Assembly (NCBI GenBank): GCA_902529885.1
Contig: CABZYC010000001.1
Coordinates: forward strand, 89,719 to 153,718
Source of the DNA: an uncultured Candidatus Woesearchaeota archaeon
Lineage (GTDB): Archaea > Nanobdellota > Nanobdellia > Woesearchaeales > GW2011-AR9
Length of the DNA: 64,000 nucleotides
Direction: 5' to 3'
How positions within the stretch are numbered: position 1 is the first letter of the stretch; the number at the start of each line of letters is the position of its first letter. Below are positions 44,190 through 52,888 of this stretch, piece by piece. The notes under the pieces were generated by a model that was not told the DNA's origin, searched no databases, and saw only the letters and a list, made by a program, of their open reading frames with translations. The translations under genes were made by a program, and so were the position numbers.

Positions 44190-45902
44190 TTATCTAAACA
44201 CACCCTCACTTTTTAATACCTTCTGTACAATTTGTTCAATAGCATCACGATCAATACGTGCATTTTGTAAACATTCTCTTGGTTGTGCACTTATAGGAAC
44301 ACCATGCACCGCTAAATGGTAATCTGGTGTGAACGGTAAAGAATCAGCAATACCACCTTGCGGACAATGGTCTTCTACAACCAATATTTTTCCTACAACA
44401 TCATTTTTTATTTTTTCTAAAATTGGTTTTACACAATAAACATCTATTACACGAACATTTGGGTATTGTTTAGCTACTGCCAAAGCCTCATGCAAAGTTA
44501 TACCTGCAGCTAAAATAGTTATCATATCGTTACGCCCCTTACAATGAACGTGGTAACCCCCAACTTTAAAGGTGTGCTTCTTACTGTAAATCTGAGGCAA
44601 TTTTGAACGTGTAGCACGTAAATACCGAACATGCTTATGTTTAAGTAAAAGTTCTGTACAAACTAAAGTTGAATATGCATCACAAGGGTACAACACCACA
44701 GAAGAAGGTATTGTACGAAACATAGAAATGTCTTGTAACCCCATCTGTGATGCGCCATCTGCACCAATATGACACCCTGCGTGAGTCCCAACACACAACA
44801 TATCAGATTTACTTACACCAGCCATCCTTAATTGATCATATGCACGGGTAAAAAAAGCAGCAAAAGTACTTAGTACGGGTGTATAACCAATTGAACTAAG
44901 CCCAGAAGCTATACCAACCATGCTTTGTTCAGCAATATAACATTGAATACTTCTTTTTGGATACTTTTTAACATAATTCGCTAAATACGTACTATTACCC
45001 ACATCTGCATCAATTGCCACTAAACTAGAGTCATTAACATTAGAAAGTGTTAACCCAAACATTTCTCGAGGACTCACATCAACTACTTTTGGACGTTTAT
45101 ACGCCCTCTTAAGCTTATGAGCCTTTGTTGTGTCAAGAGTATATTCAATTATTAAATCTTCACACCCAATCTCATCTAATGCATCTGCACACTCTTCAAC
45201 CGATAAAGTTTTACCATGCCACCCGTGCTTTCCTTCAATGAGTTTTACACCTTTACCTTTAATTGTTTTACAAATAATAGCTGTTAATCCATTATCCCAC
45301 CTCAATTTATCTAATTGTTTAATGTTATGACCATTAACAATTACCGTATTCCATCCGAACGCCTTAAAACGAGAAGCAATCATTTTAGCGGATAAAGGAG
45401 TGTCACCAGTTTGCCCTTGACCATTTACATCAATAATACAGGTTATTGGCAAATTTAATCTGCTTGCTATAGCTGCAGATTCCCAAACAGAACCTTCTGC
45501 ACATTCCCCATCACCCATCACACAGTAAACCCTACGGCCACTATACGCAATACCTATTGCGTTAGCAAGACCCATGCCTAAACTGCCTGTCGCAACACGT
45601 ATACCTTCCATACGGGGAGTCGGATGTCCTTCAAGCAGGCTACCATTCTTACGTAAAGTAGACAAATCTTTATGATTTATCTTTCCTAACTCTGCATATA
45701 CAGACCACAAAATTGGTGCTGCGTGCCCTTTACTAAGAATAAACTCGTCTCTACCCCAGATCATCTTATTATATACCAACACTGCCATGAAATCTGCCAT
45801 AGATAAACATGTGCTGGGATGCCCACTCCCTGCAGTAGTTGTGGACAATACTGAATAATAACGTAACCGTTGAGCTGCTAATGATAACTCTTCAACATCC
45901 AT
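44190..45902 (-). CDS. tkt: Transketolase (fused N- and C-terminal halves)
   Basis: TPP-binding N-terminus (…TTTAGSGHPSTCLSMADFMAVL…, GDGECAEGSVWE) and a C-terminal pyrimidine-binding/transketolase C domain. The protein is 570 aa. Confidence 0.9.
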   Translation of the reverse strand: MDVEELSLAAQRLRYYSVLSTTTAGSGHPSTCLSMADFMAVLVYNKMIWGRDEFILSKGHAAPILWSVYAELGKINHKDLSTLRKNGSLLEGHPTPRMEGIRVATGSLGMGLANAIGIAYSGRRVYCVMGDGECAEGSVWESAAIASRLNLPITCIIDVNGQGQTGDTPLSAKMIASRFKAFGWNTVIVNGHNIKQLDKLRWDNGLTAIICKTIKGKGVKLIEGKHGWHGKTLSVEECADALDEIGCEDLIIEYTLDTTKAHKLKRAYKRPKVVDVSPREMFGLTLSNVNDSSLVAIDADVGNSTYLANYVKKYPKRSIQCYIAEQSMVGIASGLSSIGYTPVLSTFAAFFTRAYDQLRMAGVSKSDMLCVGTHAGCHIGADGASQMGLQDISMFRTIPSSVVLYPCDAYSTLVCTELLLKHKHVRYLRATRSKLPQIYSKKHTFKVGGYHVHCKGRNDMITILAAGITLHEALAVAKQYPNVRVIDVYCVKPILEKIKNDVVGKILVVEDHCPQGGIADSLPFTPDYHLAVHGVPISAQPRECLQNARIDRDAIEQIVQKVLKSEGVFR

Positions 45903-45981
45903 ACTTTAACAATTGAGTTAAAGTATATAAACCCGTGTTATCGACAAAAGTTTTATAATACGCACACTAGTAAAGCAAAGT
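45903..45981. promoter_or_regulatory. Divergent promoter (tkt vs endA) with an 8-bp perfect palindrome and TATA box
   Basis: tactttaa-caattgagt-ttaaagta (palindrome arms 8 nt, loop 9 nt) is immediately followed by tataaa. Confidence 0.4.
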
Positions 45982-46617
45982 ATGGAATCAAATGAACATT
46001 TTGTCACGGTCGAACAAGAGGATGAAGAACTCTTTTTGGATGAACCCATCAAAGTGATCAGTACAAGTACCACTACACAAACTAACCGGCGTGATCCAAT
46101 CAAAGGTATTCTTTATGATACACGAGTGTTTACTGAACCAACAAATGAGGCAAGAGAACTTTTTCAATCAGGTCAATACGGTAAACTTGATGATAAAGGA
46201 CGTCTTGAACTTTCTCTTCTTGAAGCATTATACCTTGTTGAAAAAGAAAGATTAACACTCCGTAGTGAAGCAAATAGGGTTGTATCACACACACGACTTA
46301 TGAAAACTGCTAAAAAAAATGGGCCTAACTTCTGGACACGATACTGTGTATATAGAGATTTTCGGAACAGAGGCTATATCATTAAAACAGCATTAAAGTT
46401 TGGCGCAGATTTTAGGGTTTATGACCGTGGGATTAAACCTGGACAAGACCATGCAAAATGGATTGTATACCCTGTACGGGAAGGTGACACCCTCACTTGG
46501 CACGATTTTGCGTCAAAAAATAGAGTGGCACACAGTACAAAAAAAAGGTTATTGATAGCAATCGTAGACGATGAAAATGATGTGACATATTATGAAGTCA
46601 ACTGGACACGACCATAA
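45982..46617 (+). CDS. endA: tRNA-splicing endonuclease subunit
   Basis: Carries LSLLEALYLVEKERL and the catalytic-domain signature KFGADFRVYDRGIKPGQDHAKWIVYPV. The protein is 211 aa. Confidence 0.8.
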   Translation: MESNEHFVTVEQEDEELFLDEPIKVISTSTTTQTNRRDPIKGILYDTRVFTEPTNEARELFQSGQYGKLDDKGRLELSLLEALYLVEKERLTLRSEANRVVSHTRLMKTAKKNGPNFWTRYCVYRDFRNRGYIIKTALKFGADFRVYDRGIKPGQDHAKWIVYPVREGDTLTWHDFASKNRVAHSTKKRLLIAIVDDENDVTYYEVNWTRP

Positions 46618-46651
46618 CAATATTTTTATACCCTTATACTGACATTATCGT

Positions 46652-47593
46652 ATGCCAACTGAGGAGCAGATTTTACGTCTTTTATCATACACTGGTCCTT
46701 CTATTGGGTCTCAATTAGCCACAAAAATTAATGAAGACAGTTTATTGACTTCAGCATTCCTTTCTGATCTTGTTAGACGCGATAAAATCAAAATATCTAA
46801 ATTTAAAACTGCTTCAGGCCCATTTTATTATCTTAAAGGGCAAGAAGAAATGTTAGTCCAATTAACAATTAAAGAAATGAATCATAAGGATAGGCCCACT
46901 TTAATTAGACTACAAGAAAATGGAGTATTACAAGATAATGAGATGGACCTTCTTGGACGAGTAAGTATCAGGAAATATCCTGACCTTGCAATACCCATGC
47001 AAGTTACAATTGAAGGTACACCAATTCTTTATTGGCGTTGGTTCCAAATTGAGTCTGATACTTTTACTAAGCTGATTACTGATAAGTTCACTCCAGAAGA
47101 GCCTGAACCTGTTAAAGAGCCTGAACCTGTTAAAGAGCCTGAGTCCGTTAAAAAGTATGAAGAAAATCAAAACGTTGAAGCTGTACACAATACTGATACT
47201 AAAAAAGAGGACATCCAGTCAGAATTGATTGAGAATGTGTTAAAACCCAAAATTAAAAAGATTAGTAAAGATGAAGTGTTATTACCTAAAACCATCTCTT
47301 TTTTAGAAGATTTAAACTGTATAATCCAACGCCAAGATAGTGTTAAAAAAAATCGTGAACATAACTTTAAAATTTTAATACCTACAGAATTTGGTCCTGT
47401 CCCCTACTTTGTAAAAGTTCGTAATAAAAAGAAGTGTGATGAAAAAGATCTTAGCGCAGCTTATATGGAAGCAGAAGTACAACGTCTACCATTACTTTTT
47501 CTGTACACAGGACAATTACATGAAAAAGCAGAGGTTATTAGTAACAGTGAACGTTTTGAAAGTTTGCTTACTAGGAAAATCCCATGGGATTAA
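46652..47593 (+). CDS. Hypothetical protein with N-terminal winged-helix-like segment and internal EPEPVKEP repeat
   Basis: A 313-aa protein with no confident family assignment. It contains an in-frame 18-nt tandem repeat. Confidence 0.45.
   Translation: MPTEEQILRLLSYTGPSIGSQLATKINEDSLLTSAFLSDLVRRDKIKISKFKTASGPFYYLKGQEEMLVQLTIKEMNHKDRPTLIRLQENGVLQDNEMDLLGRVSIRKYPDLAIPMQVTIEGTPILYWRWFQIESDTFTKLITDKFTPEEPEPVKEPEPVKEPESVKKYEENQNVEAVHNTDTKKEDIQSELIENVLKPKIKKISKDEVLLPKTISFLEDLNCIIQRQDSVKKNREHNFKILIPTEFGPVPYFVKVRNKKKCDEKDLSAAYMEAEVQRLPLLFLYTGQLHEKAEVISNSERFESLLTRKIPWD
47099..47152. repeat. 3 x 18-nt in-frame tandem repeat (gagcctgaacctgttaaa) encoding EPEPVK
   Basis: Two perfect copies and one diverged copy are visible at 47099-47152. 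Confidence 0.85.
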
Positions 47594-48582
47594 AATTTAA
47601 AGATTTAGTAGATGCTCACCCTACTTCCATTTCTTCATTAAAATATAAAACAATTGTTATGGATGGGATGAATGTATTATACCAATTCTTGAGTAGTATC
47701 AGAGATCAGAACGGTGATTATTTAACATACAACGGTTATGTTACAAGCCACCTTATTGGACTTTTCAATAGAACATGCCGATTACTTGAATCAGAAATTA
47801 AACTAATATACGTCTTTGATGGGCAAGCACCACAAATTAAAGAAGTTACTAAACTCTTACGCAAAAATGTAAAAGAGCAAGCTGCAAAACGTTATGCAGA
47901 AGCAAAAAAACGTAATGATACTAAGGCTATGCAACAGTATGCACGACAGACATCAAGGTTAACAACCGAGATGATTGATGATGCAAAAAAAATGTTGGAA
48001 TTAATGGGTATACCTATTGTACAAGCTCCAAGTGAGGGTGAAGCACAATGTGCACAGATTGTTAAAAATGGTGATGCTTACGCAGTCGGAAGCCAGGATT
48101 ATGACACCTTACTTTTTGGAAGCCCACGTATTGTACGGAACCTTAATATTAGTGGAACAAGAAGAATTGGTGGAAGAATTATATCAATCCAACCAGAACT
48201 ATTATTATTAGACGATGTTTATAGTAAATGGAACATTACAAGTGATCAACTTCGAATACTCGCTATTTTAACAGGGACAGATTATAACCCGGGTGGCATC
48301 AAAGGGATAGGTGTTAAAAAGGGACTCAAACTGTTACATGAAAAACCATCAGATATATTTTCACGTTTTGAATGGACACACGCTGTTTCATGGAAAGAAA
48401 TATATGACACGCTTAAGGATATCCCTGTTAAAAAAGATTATATCTTGGATTACGGTAAACCACAATATGATAAATTACAAACGTTTTTAGTGAGTGAGCG
48501 AGGGTTTGATGCTGAGCGCGTAGAAAAAAGTTTACAAAAATTACAATTTGATAGACAGACTGGATTACAACAGTTTGGATAA
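47584..48582 (+). CDS. fen: Flap endonuclease FEN-1
   Basis: An XPG-N domain and an XPG-I domain (IVQAPSEGEAQCAQIVKNGDAYAVGSQDYDTLLFGSPRIVRNL) are present. The protein is 332 aa. Confidence 0.9.
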   Translation: MGLKFKDLVDAHPTSISSLKYKTIVMDGMNVLYQFLSSIRDQNGDYLTYNGYVTSHLIGLFNRTCRLLESEIKLIYVFDGQAPQIKEVTKLLRKNVKEQAAKRYAEAKKRNDTKAMQQYARQTSRLTTEMIDDAKKMLELMGIPIVQAPSEGEAQCAQIVKNGDAYAVGSQDYDTLLFGSPRIVRNLNISGTRRIGGRIISIQPELLLLDDVYSKWNITSDQLRILAILTGTDYNPGGIKGIGVKKGLKLLHEKPSDIFSRFEWTHAVSWKEIYDTLKDIPVKKDYILDYGKPQYDKLQTFLVSERGFDAERVEKSLQKLQFDRQTGLQQFG

Positions 48583-48612
48583 TATTATAAATACACTTCA
48601 ATAAAAGATTAT

Positions 48613-49608
48613 ATGAAGGGTGTACAAGCACAATTGTGTAACGCACAAAAGATTAAGCAAGAGCTAATAGAAATCAATTGTATTGATCAGAAATATAAAC
48701 CATTAAAAGAAGGGAGTTATATCATTTTTCCAATACAATTTGTACCTGAAGGATACTCGGTTGTTGAAAAAGAATTTGAAGCTAAAACAAATACACCTAT
48801 ACTATCTAACCTGCTTAACATCCCAGAACCCCTTCTTAAAAAACTACCCTCATCACAAGAACGTGTTGGTTCCATAATGATCCTAGAAATCCCAGAAGAA
48901 TTGGAACCATATGAAACGAACATTGCAAATGCACACCTTAAAATTAACAAGGATATTACAACTATTGTGAAAAAAACTGATGTTCACCACGGTGTTTTTC
49001 GAACAAGAGGGGTGAAAATATTAGCAGGGATAAATACAAAATGTAGCATCCATAAAGAAAGCAGTGTACGTCTTAAGATCCATCTTGAACAAACATATTT
49101 TAGTGCACGGCTTAGTAATGAGCGGCTTCGTGTTGCAAAAAGTGTTAAAAGTACAGAAAATGTTCTCGTTATGTTTAGTGGCGCTGCACCTTACCCTTTA
49201 GTAATATGGAAACATGCTAAACCACAAAGTATTACTGGCATTGAAATTAATCCAAAAGCACACGAACTAGCAGTTGAGAATCTGCGGTTAAACAAATGCG
49301 ACGATATCCAGTTATACAACGGAGATGTACGGTCAGTGTTACCTTCATTAAAAAAGTTTGACCGTATTATTATGCCTTTACCTAAAACATCTGAAGAGTT
49401 TTTACCATTAGCATTACAACATTGTAAACAAGGTACAGTTATTAACCTCTACACTTTTTTGCATGTGGACGGATTTGAGAATGAAAAAAAACGGTTAAGT
49501 TTAATATGTGAACGAGCAGGGCACACAATAATGTTTAGTAACATGGTACCTTGTGGACAACATGCACCTTACATATACCGTGTATGTTATGACATAATTG
49601 TTCAGTAA
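48613..49608 (+). CDS. trm5: tRNA (guanine37-N1)-methyltransferase Trm5 (Met-10+ family)
   Basis: The Class I SAM MTase core (ENVLVMFSGAAPYPLVI…GIEINPKAHELAVENLRLNK…NGDVR) is preceded by Trm5 N-terminal domains. Confidence 0.8.
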   Translation: MKGVQAQLCNAQKIKQELIEINCIDQKYKPLKEGSYIIFPIQFVPEGYSVVEKEFEAKTNTPILSNLLNIPEPLLKKLPSSQERVGSIMILEIPEELEPYETNIANAHLKINKDITTIVKKTDVHHGVFRTRGVKILAGINTKCSIHKESSVRLKIHLEQTYFSARLSNERLRVAKSVKSTENVLVMFSGAAPYPLVIWKHAKPQSITGIEINPKAHELAVENLRLNKCDDIQLYNGDVRSVLPSLKKFDRIIMPLPKTSEEFLPLALQHCKQGTVINLYTFLHVDGFENEKKRLSLICERAGHTIMFSNMVPCGQHAPYIYRVCYDIIVQ

Positions 49609-49639
49609 ATTTATAACTATAAAGCATTCTTTAGACTTT

Positions 49640-50287
49640 ATGAAGAAAACAAGTGTACCTGGCGTCCTACGTAAAGGCCCAATGTTGTATATTAAAAGTG
49701 AAGCTACACCATTTAATGAACGGTTATACAAGTGGCAAGGTGAATTATACAGACCATGGGATCCAACTAGAAGCAAAATTGCCGCAGGAATAATGAACGG
49801 GATACAAGACTTTAACCTTAAAAAAGATAGTATTATATTATACCTTGGTGCAAGCCATGGGTACACAGTAAGTTTTTTGAGTGAGCTTGTGCCTAAAGGC
49901 CTAATCTTTGCAGTGGACCTTGGAGAAGTTGTGATGAGAGACTTGTATCTTCTTGCAGAAGATGCAACCAACATTGTACCAATCTTAGAAAGTGCTAATC
50001 ATACAAATAATTATGCAACAAGTATATGTACCCCTGACATTATTATCCAGGATATTGCACAAAAAAATCAAGCAACTATCTTCTTAAAAAATATCAAACG
50101 TTTTGCAACAACTGATACTGTCTGTCTATTCAGTGTAAAATGTGCAAGCATAGATGTAACAAAAAAACCAAAAGAAGTAAAAGACATGGTGTTACAAGAA
50201 TTAAAACCGTTCTGTAAAAATATTGTATGTAAAACACTTAGTCCATGGGAAAAAGATCATTTTCTTATTCAGTGTCAACTAAAATGA
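49640..50287 (+). CDS. flpA: Fibrillarin (rRNA/tRNA 2'-O-methyltransferase)
   Basis: Start at ATG MKKTSVPGVLRKG; the track's TTG at 49598 overlaps the trm5 end. Fibrillarin motifs YRPWDPTRSKIAAGI, ILYLGASHGYTVSFLSELV and IFAVDLG are present. Confidence 0.9.
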   Translation: MKKTSVPGVLRKGPMLYIKSEATPFNERLYKWQGELYRPWDPTRSKIAAGIMNGIQDFNLKKDSIILYLGASHGYTVSFLSELVPKGLIFAVDLGEVVMRDLYLLAEDATNIVPILESANHTNNYATSICTPDIIIQDIAQKNQATIFLKNIKRFATTDTVCLFSVKCASIDVTKKPKEVKDMVLQELKPFCKNIVCKTLSPWEKDHFLIQCQLK

Positions 50288-50486
50288 TGTTTACTGGACA
50301 GACAGATTCTGCTTCTTGATAATCATTCACTTGGTCCAATTCCAGACTTTTTTCAAAATTTTCGCCTACCTTCACACTATCAAGTAATTGGGCTAAACCC
50401 TCATTATCCATGGCCCACTGATCCGGATACAAAGCTGCGCATGCACCACAAGAGATACAATCACGTTTAATATGGGTCACTTTCAT
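50265..50486 (-). CDS. 4Fe-4S ferredoxin (single-cluster, Pyrococcus Fd-like)
   Basis: Start at internal ATG MKVTHIKRDCISCGACAALYPD…CPV (C-x2-C-x2-C…CP). The ORF track's TTG extension adds 21 aa of unknown significance. It convergently overlaps the fibrillarin 3' end. Confidence 0.65.
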   Translation of the reverse strand: MKVTHIKRDCISCGACAALYPDQWAMDNEGLAQLLDSVKVGENFEKSLELDQVNDYQEAESVCPVNIILVDTE

Positions 50487-50654
50487 AATTCCAATAGAAA
50501 TGGGTCCATTATTAAAAACTATGTCCAAAACAGGACGATTTTTTGACAACTTTGTGAAAAACAGGTGTAAACAGTATCCCCCATCAAAAGTTGTGCGTAA
50601 AGATCACTATAAGTTAAACCATTAATTACTGGTTCAACACATTCAATCCCTAAC

Positions 50655-51074
50655 CTATGTACTACTTCTATACCAATCATAAGCCATCACCGCATACACT
50701 AAAACTATTAATTGTGATAATAAACAAAACATACACAATGCACCTATTACTGCAAATTCCACATAAGTTAGATACAAACTAAATGGTACACTAAAAAGCA
50801 TTATTACTAAAAATGCGTATAATAAGTAATGAGGGTCTACTCCTCTCAATGCAAGAATGCCTAACACTAACACTGCACTATACATTAATATCCCTGATAA
50901 GGCGTTAGGTATACCTAAAAAGGTACTATACTTACTTTTAGCAACTTCAGTACAACTAAAAACAGTGTTTACATCACATACAGCGTTTTCTGGTTCGTAA
51001 AAAACTTTCAATAAATAACCGCTACTGAGTATACCAACCACTGCCAAAATAATTATGATCCAAGGATATTTCAT
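50655..51074 (-). CDS. Vitamin K epoxide reductase (VKOR) family membrane protein
   Basis: Start MKYPWIIIILAVVG overlaps the trxB stop as ATGA. Four TM segments carry the loop Cys pair (VCDVNTVFSC) and the active-site CMFC in TM4. Confidence 0.75.
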   Translation of the reverse strand: MKYPWIIIILAVVGILSSGYLLKVFYEPENAVCDVNTVFSCTEVAKSKYSTFLGIPNALSGILMYSAVLVLGILALRGVDPHYLLYAFLVIMLFSVPFSLYLTYVEFAVIGALCMFCLLSQLIVLVYAVMAYDWYRSST

Positions 51075-51982
51075 CCTAACCACCTTTCAGCTTCAAGCGC
51101 AGCCATGCACCCAGAACCGCTAGCAGTAATAGCTTGCCGATACTTTGAATCTTGGACATCACCACAAGCAAATACTCCAGGCACATTAGTCTTCACACCG
51201 TCAGTTATTAGATAACCTACATCATCTTTATCAAGCATATCAAAAAGCCCAGTGTTTGGTTTATGCCCTATCGCAATAAAAACCCCATCACAAGCCAATT
51301 CATACTGTTTATTCGTTAACGTTTCTCGCAGTGTCATACCTGTCACTTTTTTTGTTTCAACATCATTTATCTTTTCAACAACAACATTTTCATGCACTGT
51401 GATTTTCTCATGTGCACGCGCTCTTTCAAGCATGATCACGGACGCTTTAAAATTTGATGACCTGTTCAAGATATGTACGTGAGATGCAAAACGAGTCAAA
51501 AAAAGTGCTTCTTCCATAGCAGTATCCCCGCCACCTACCACGGTCACAACTTTATCCTTGAAAAAGGCACCATCACAAGTTGCACAACTGCTTACACCGT
51601 ATCCAGTCAACGCTTTTTCTGATTCTAAGCCTAACCATCTTGCTGAAGCACCAGTACTAATTATGACGGTCTTAGCTTTAACAGTTTGATTTAATGTTTT
51701 TATAATGAAAGGCTTTTGTGAAAAATCTACTTCAGTTACATCCTCACTCAAAAAATCTGCACCAAAATGTTCTGCTTGTTTATGGATATTTTGAATTAAA
51801 TCTGAACCCATTATACCATCAACATTAACACCCGGCCAATTCTCAACCATAGTAGTTAACATTAATTGGCCACCTGTTTGATACCCTTCAATTACTAAAG
51901 GTGCTAACTGTGCCCGCGCAGTATATAACGCTGCAGTTAAGCCTGCTGGCCCACCACCAATAATTACTACTTCTCGTTCCAT
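51071..51982 (-). CDS. trxB: Thioredoxin reductase
   Basis: VVIIGGGPAGLTAALY (FAD), the redox-active CATC in SCATCDGAFF and VVGGGDTAMEEALFLT (NADPH) are present. Start at ATG MEREVV…. Confidence 0.9.
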   Translation of the reverse strand: MEREVVIIGGGPAGLTAALYTARAQLAPLVIEGYQTGGQLMLTTMVENWPGVNVDGIMGSDLIQNIHKQAEHFGADFLSEDVTEVDFSQKPFIIKTLNQTVKAKTVIISTGASARWLGLESEKALTGYGVSSCATCDGAFFKDKVVTVVGGGDTAMEEALFLTRFASHVHILNRSSNFKASVIMLERARAHEKITVHENVVVEKINDVETKKVTGMTLRETLTNKQYELACDGVFIAIGHKPNTGLFDMLDKDDVGYLITDGVKTNVPGVFACGDVQDSKYRQAITASGSGCMAALEAERWLG

Positions 51983-52024
51983 TCTCAAGGAGTAATAATC
52001 TCGTAATATAAGTGTTTCTACAAA

Positions 52025-52864
52025 ATGTATATAAACATACTCTGCGTTACATGGTTCATGAAAGTGAAGTTCTCACGAAGGCAAGATAATAGAAATCATA
52101 AGTATGCCACAGAAGATACAGCCATTGTAAATATGTTCACTAAAGATCTACAAAAAGAGTTAGATAACACTCTCTCTGCAGTTGTTTTATTTGGAAGCAC
52201 TGCCCGTAAAGAACGTAATGAACACAGTGACATTGATGTCTTAGTTATTATTGACGATGTTTCTTTCCAATTAAACGATAGTTTCACACAAAGTTATAGA
52301 CTGTTAATTAAAGATATAATTACAAAACATAGTTCGCGTTTACACGTTACAAGCATGACCCTCTCAAGCTTTTGGGATTATGCACGAGCAGGTGACCCTG
52401 TGGTAGTCAACGTTTTACGAGAAGGTGTACCTCTACTTGACCACGGGTTTATTGCACCATTACAAAAATTGTTAATTGCAGGGAAGATTCGGCCCAGCGA
52501 AGAAAGTGTATGGCGCTATTTTAGCCGAGCACCAAAAACACTTCGTAACAGCCAATGGCACATGCTACAAGCAACATTAGATTTATATTGGGCAGTTATG
52601 GACAGTGCACATTCATTATGTATGAAAGCTAATATTGTGCCACCTTCACCTCACGAATTACCTGCTATCATCGATCAAAATTTTGTTAAAAAAAAGCATC
52701 TTAAAAAACGTCATGTTGAAACAATACACCGGTTTTACAGATTGAATAAAATGATTGTTTATAGAGAATTACAAAGTATCACAGGTGAAGAATACCAACG
52801 GTATTACGAAGAGGCAGAAGGTTTTGTAAAAGATATCAAAAAACTTCTAACACGATATATTTAA
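52025..52864 (+). CDS. Pol-beta-superfamily nucleotidyltransferase domain protein with C-terminal alpha-helical (HEPN-like) region
   Basis: The minimal NTase motif is VVLFGSTARKERNEHSDIDVLVII. The helical C-terminal half suggests a fused NTase–HEPN pair. The exact start is uncertain, with three in-frame Met in the first 37 aa. Confidence 0.6.
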   Translation: MYINILCVTWFMKVKFSRRQDNRNHKYATEDTAIVNMFTKDLQKELDNTLSAVVLFGSTARKERNEHSDIDVLVIIDDVSFQLNDSFTQSYRLLIKDIITKHSSRLHVTSMTLSSFWDYARAGDPVVVNVLREGVPLLDHGFIAPLQKLLIAGKIRPSEESVWRYFSRAPKTLRNSQWHMLQATLDLYWAVMDSAHSLCMKANIVPPSPHELPAIIDQNFVKKKHLKKRHVETIHRFYRLNKMIVYRELQSITGEEYQRYYEEAEGFVKDIKKLLTRYI

Positions 52865-52888
52865 GTAGTGCTTATTCCTCGTGCATAC

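Noticed and set aside
52025-52864. Mobile element, transposase or integrase
   Set aside because: No transposase or integrase motifs, terminal inverted repeats or direct-repeat-flanked islands were seen. The nucleotidyltransferase is a minimal NTase, not a DDE transposase.
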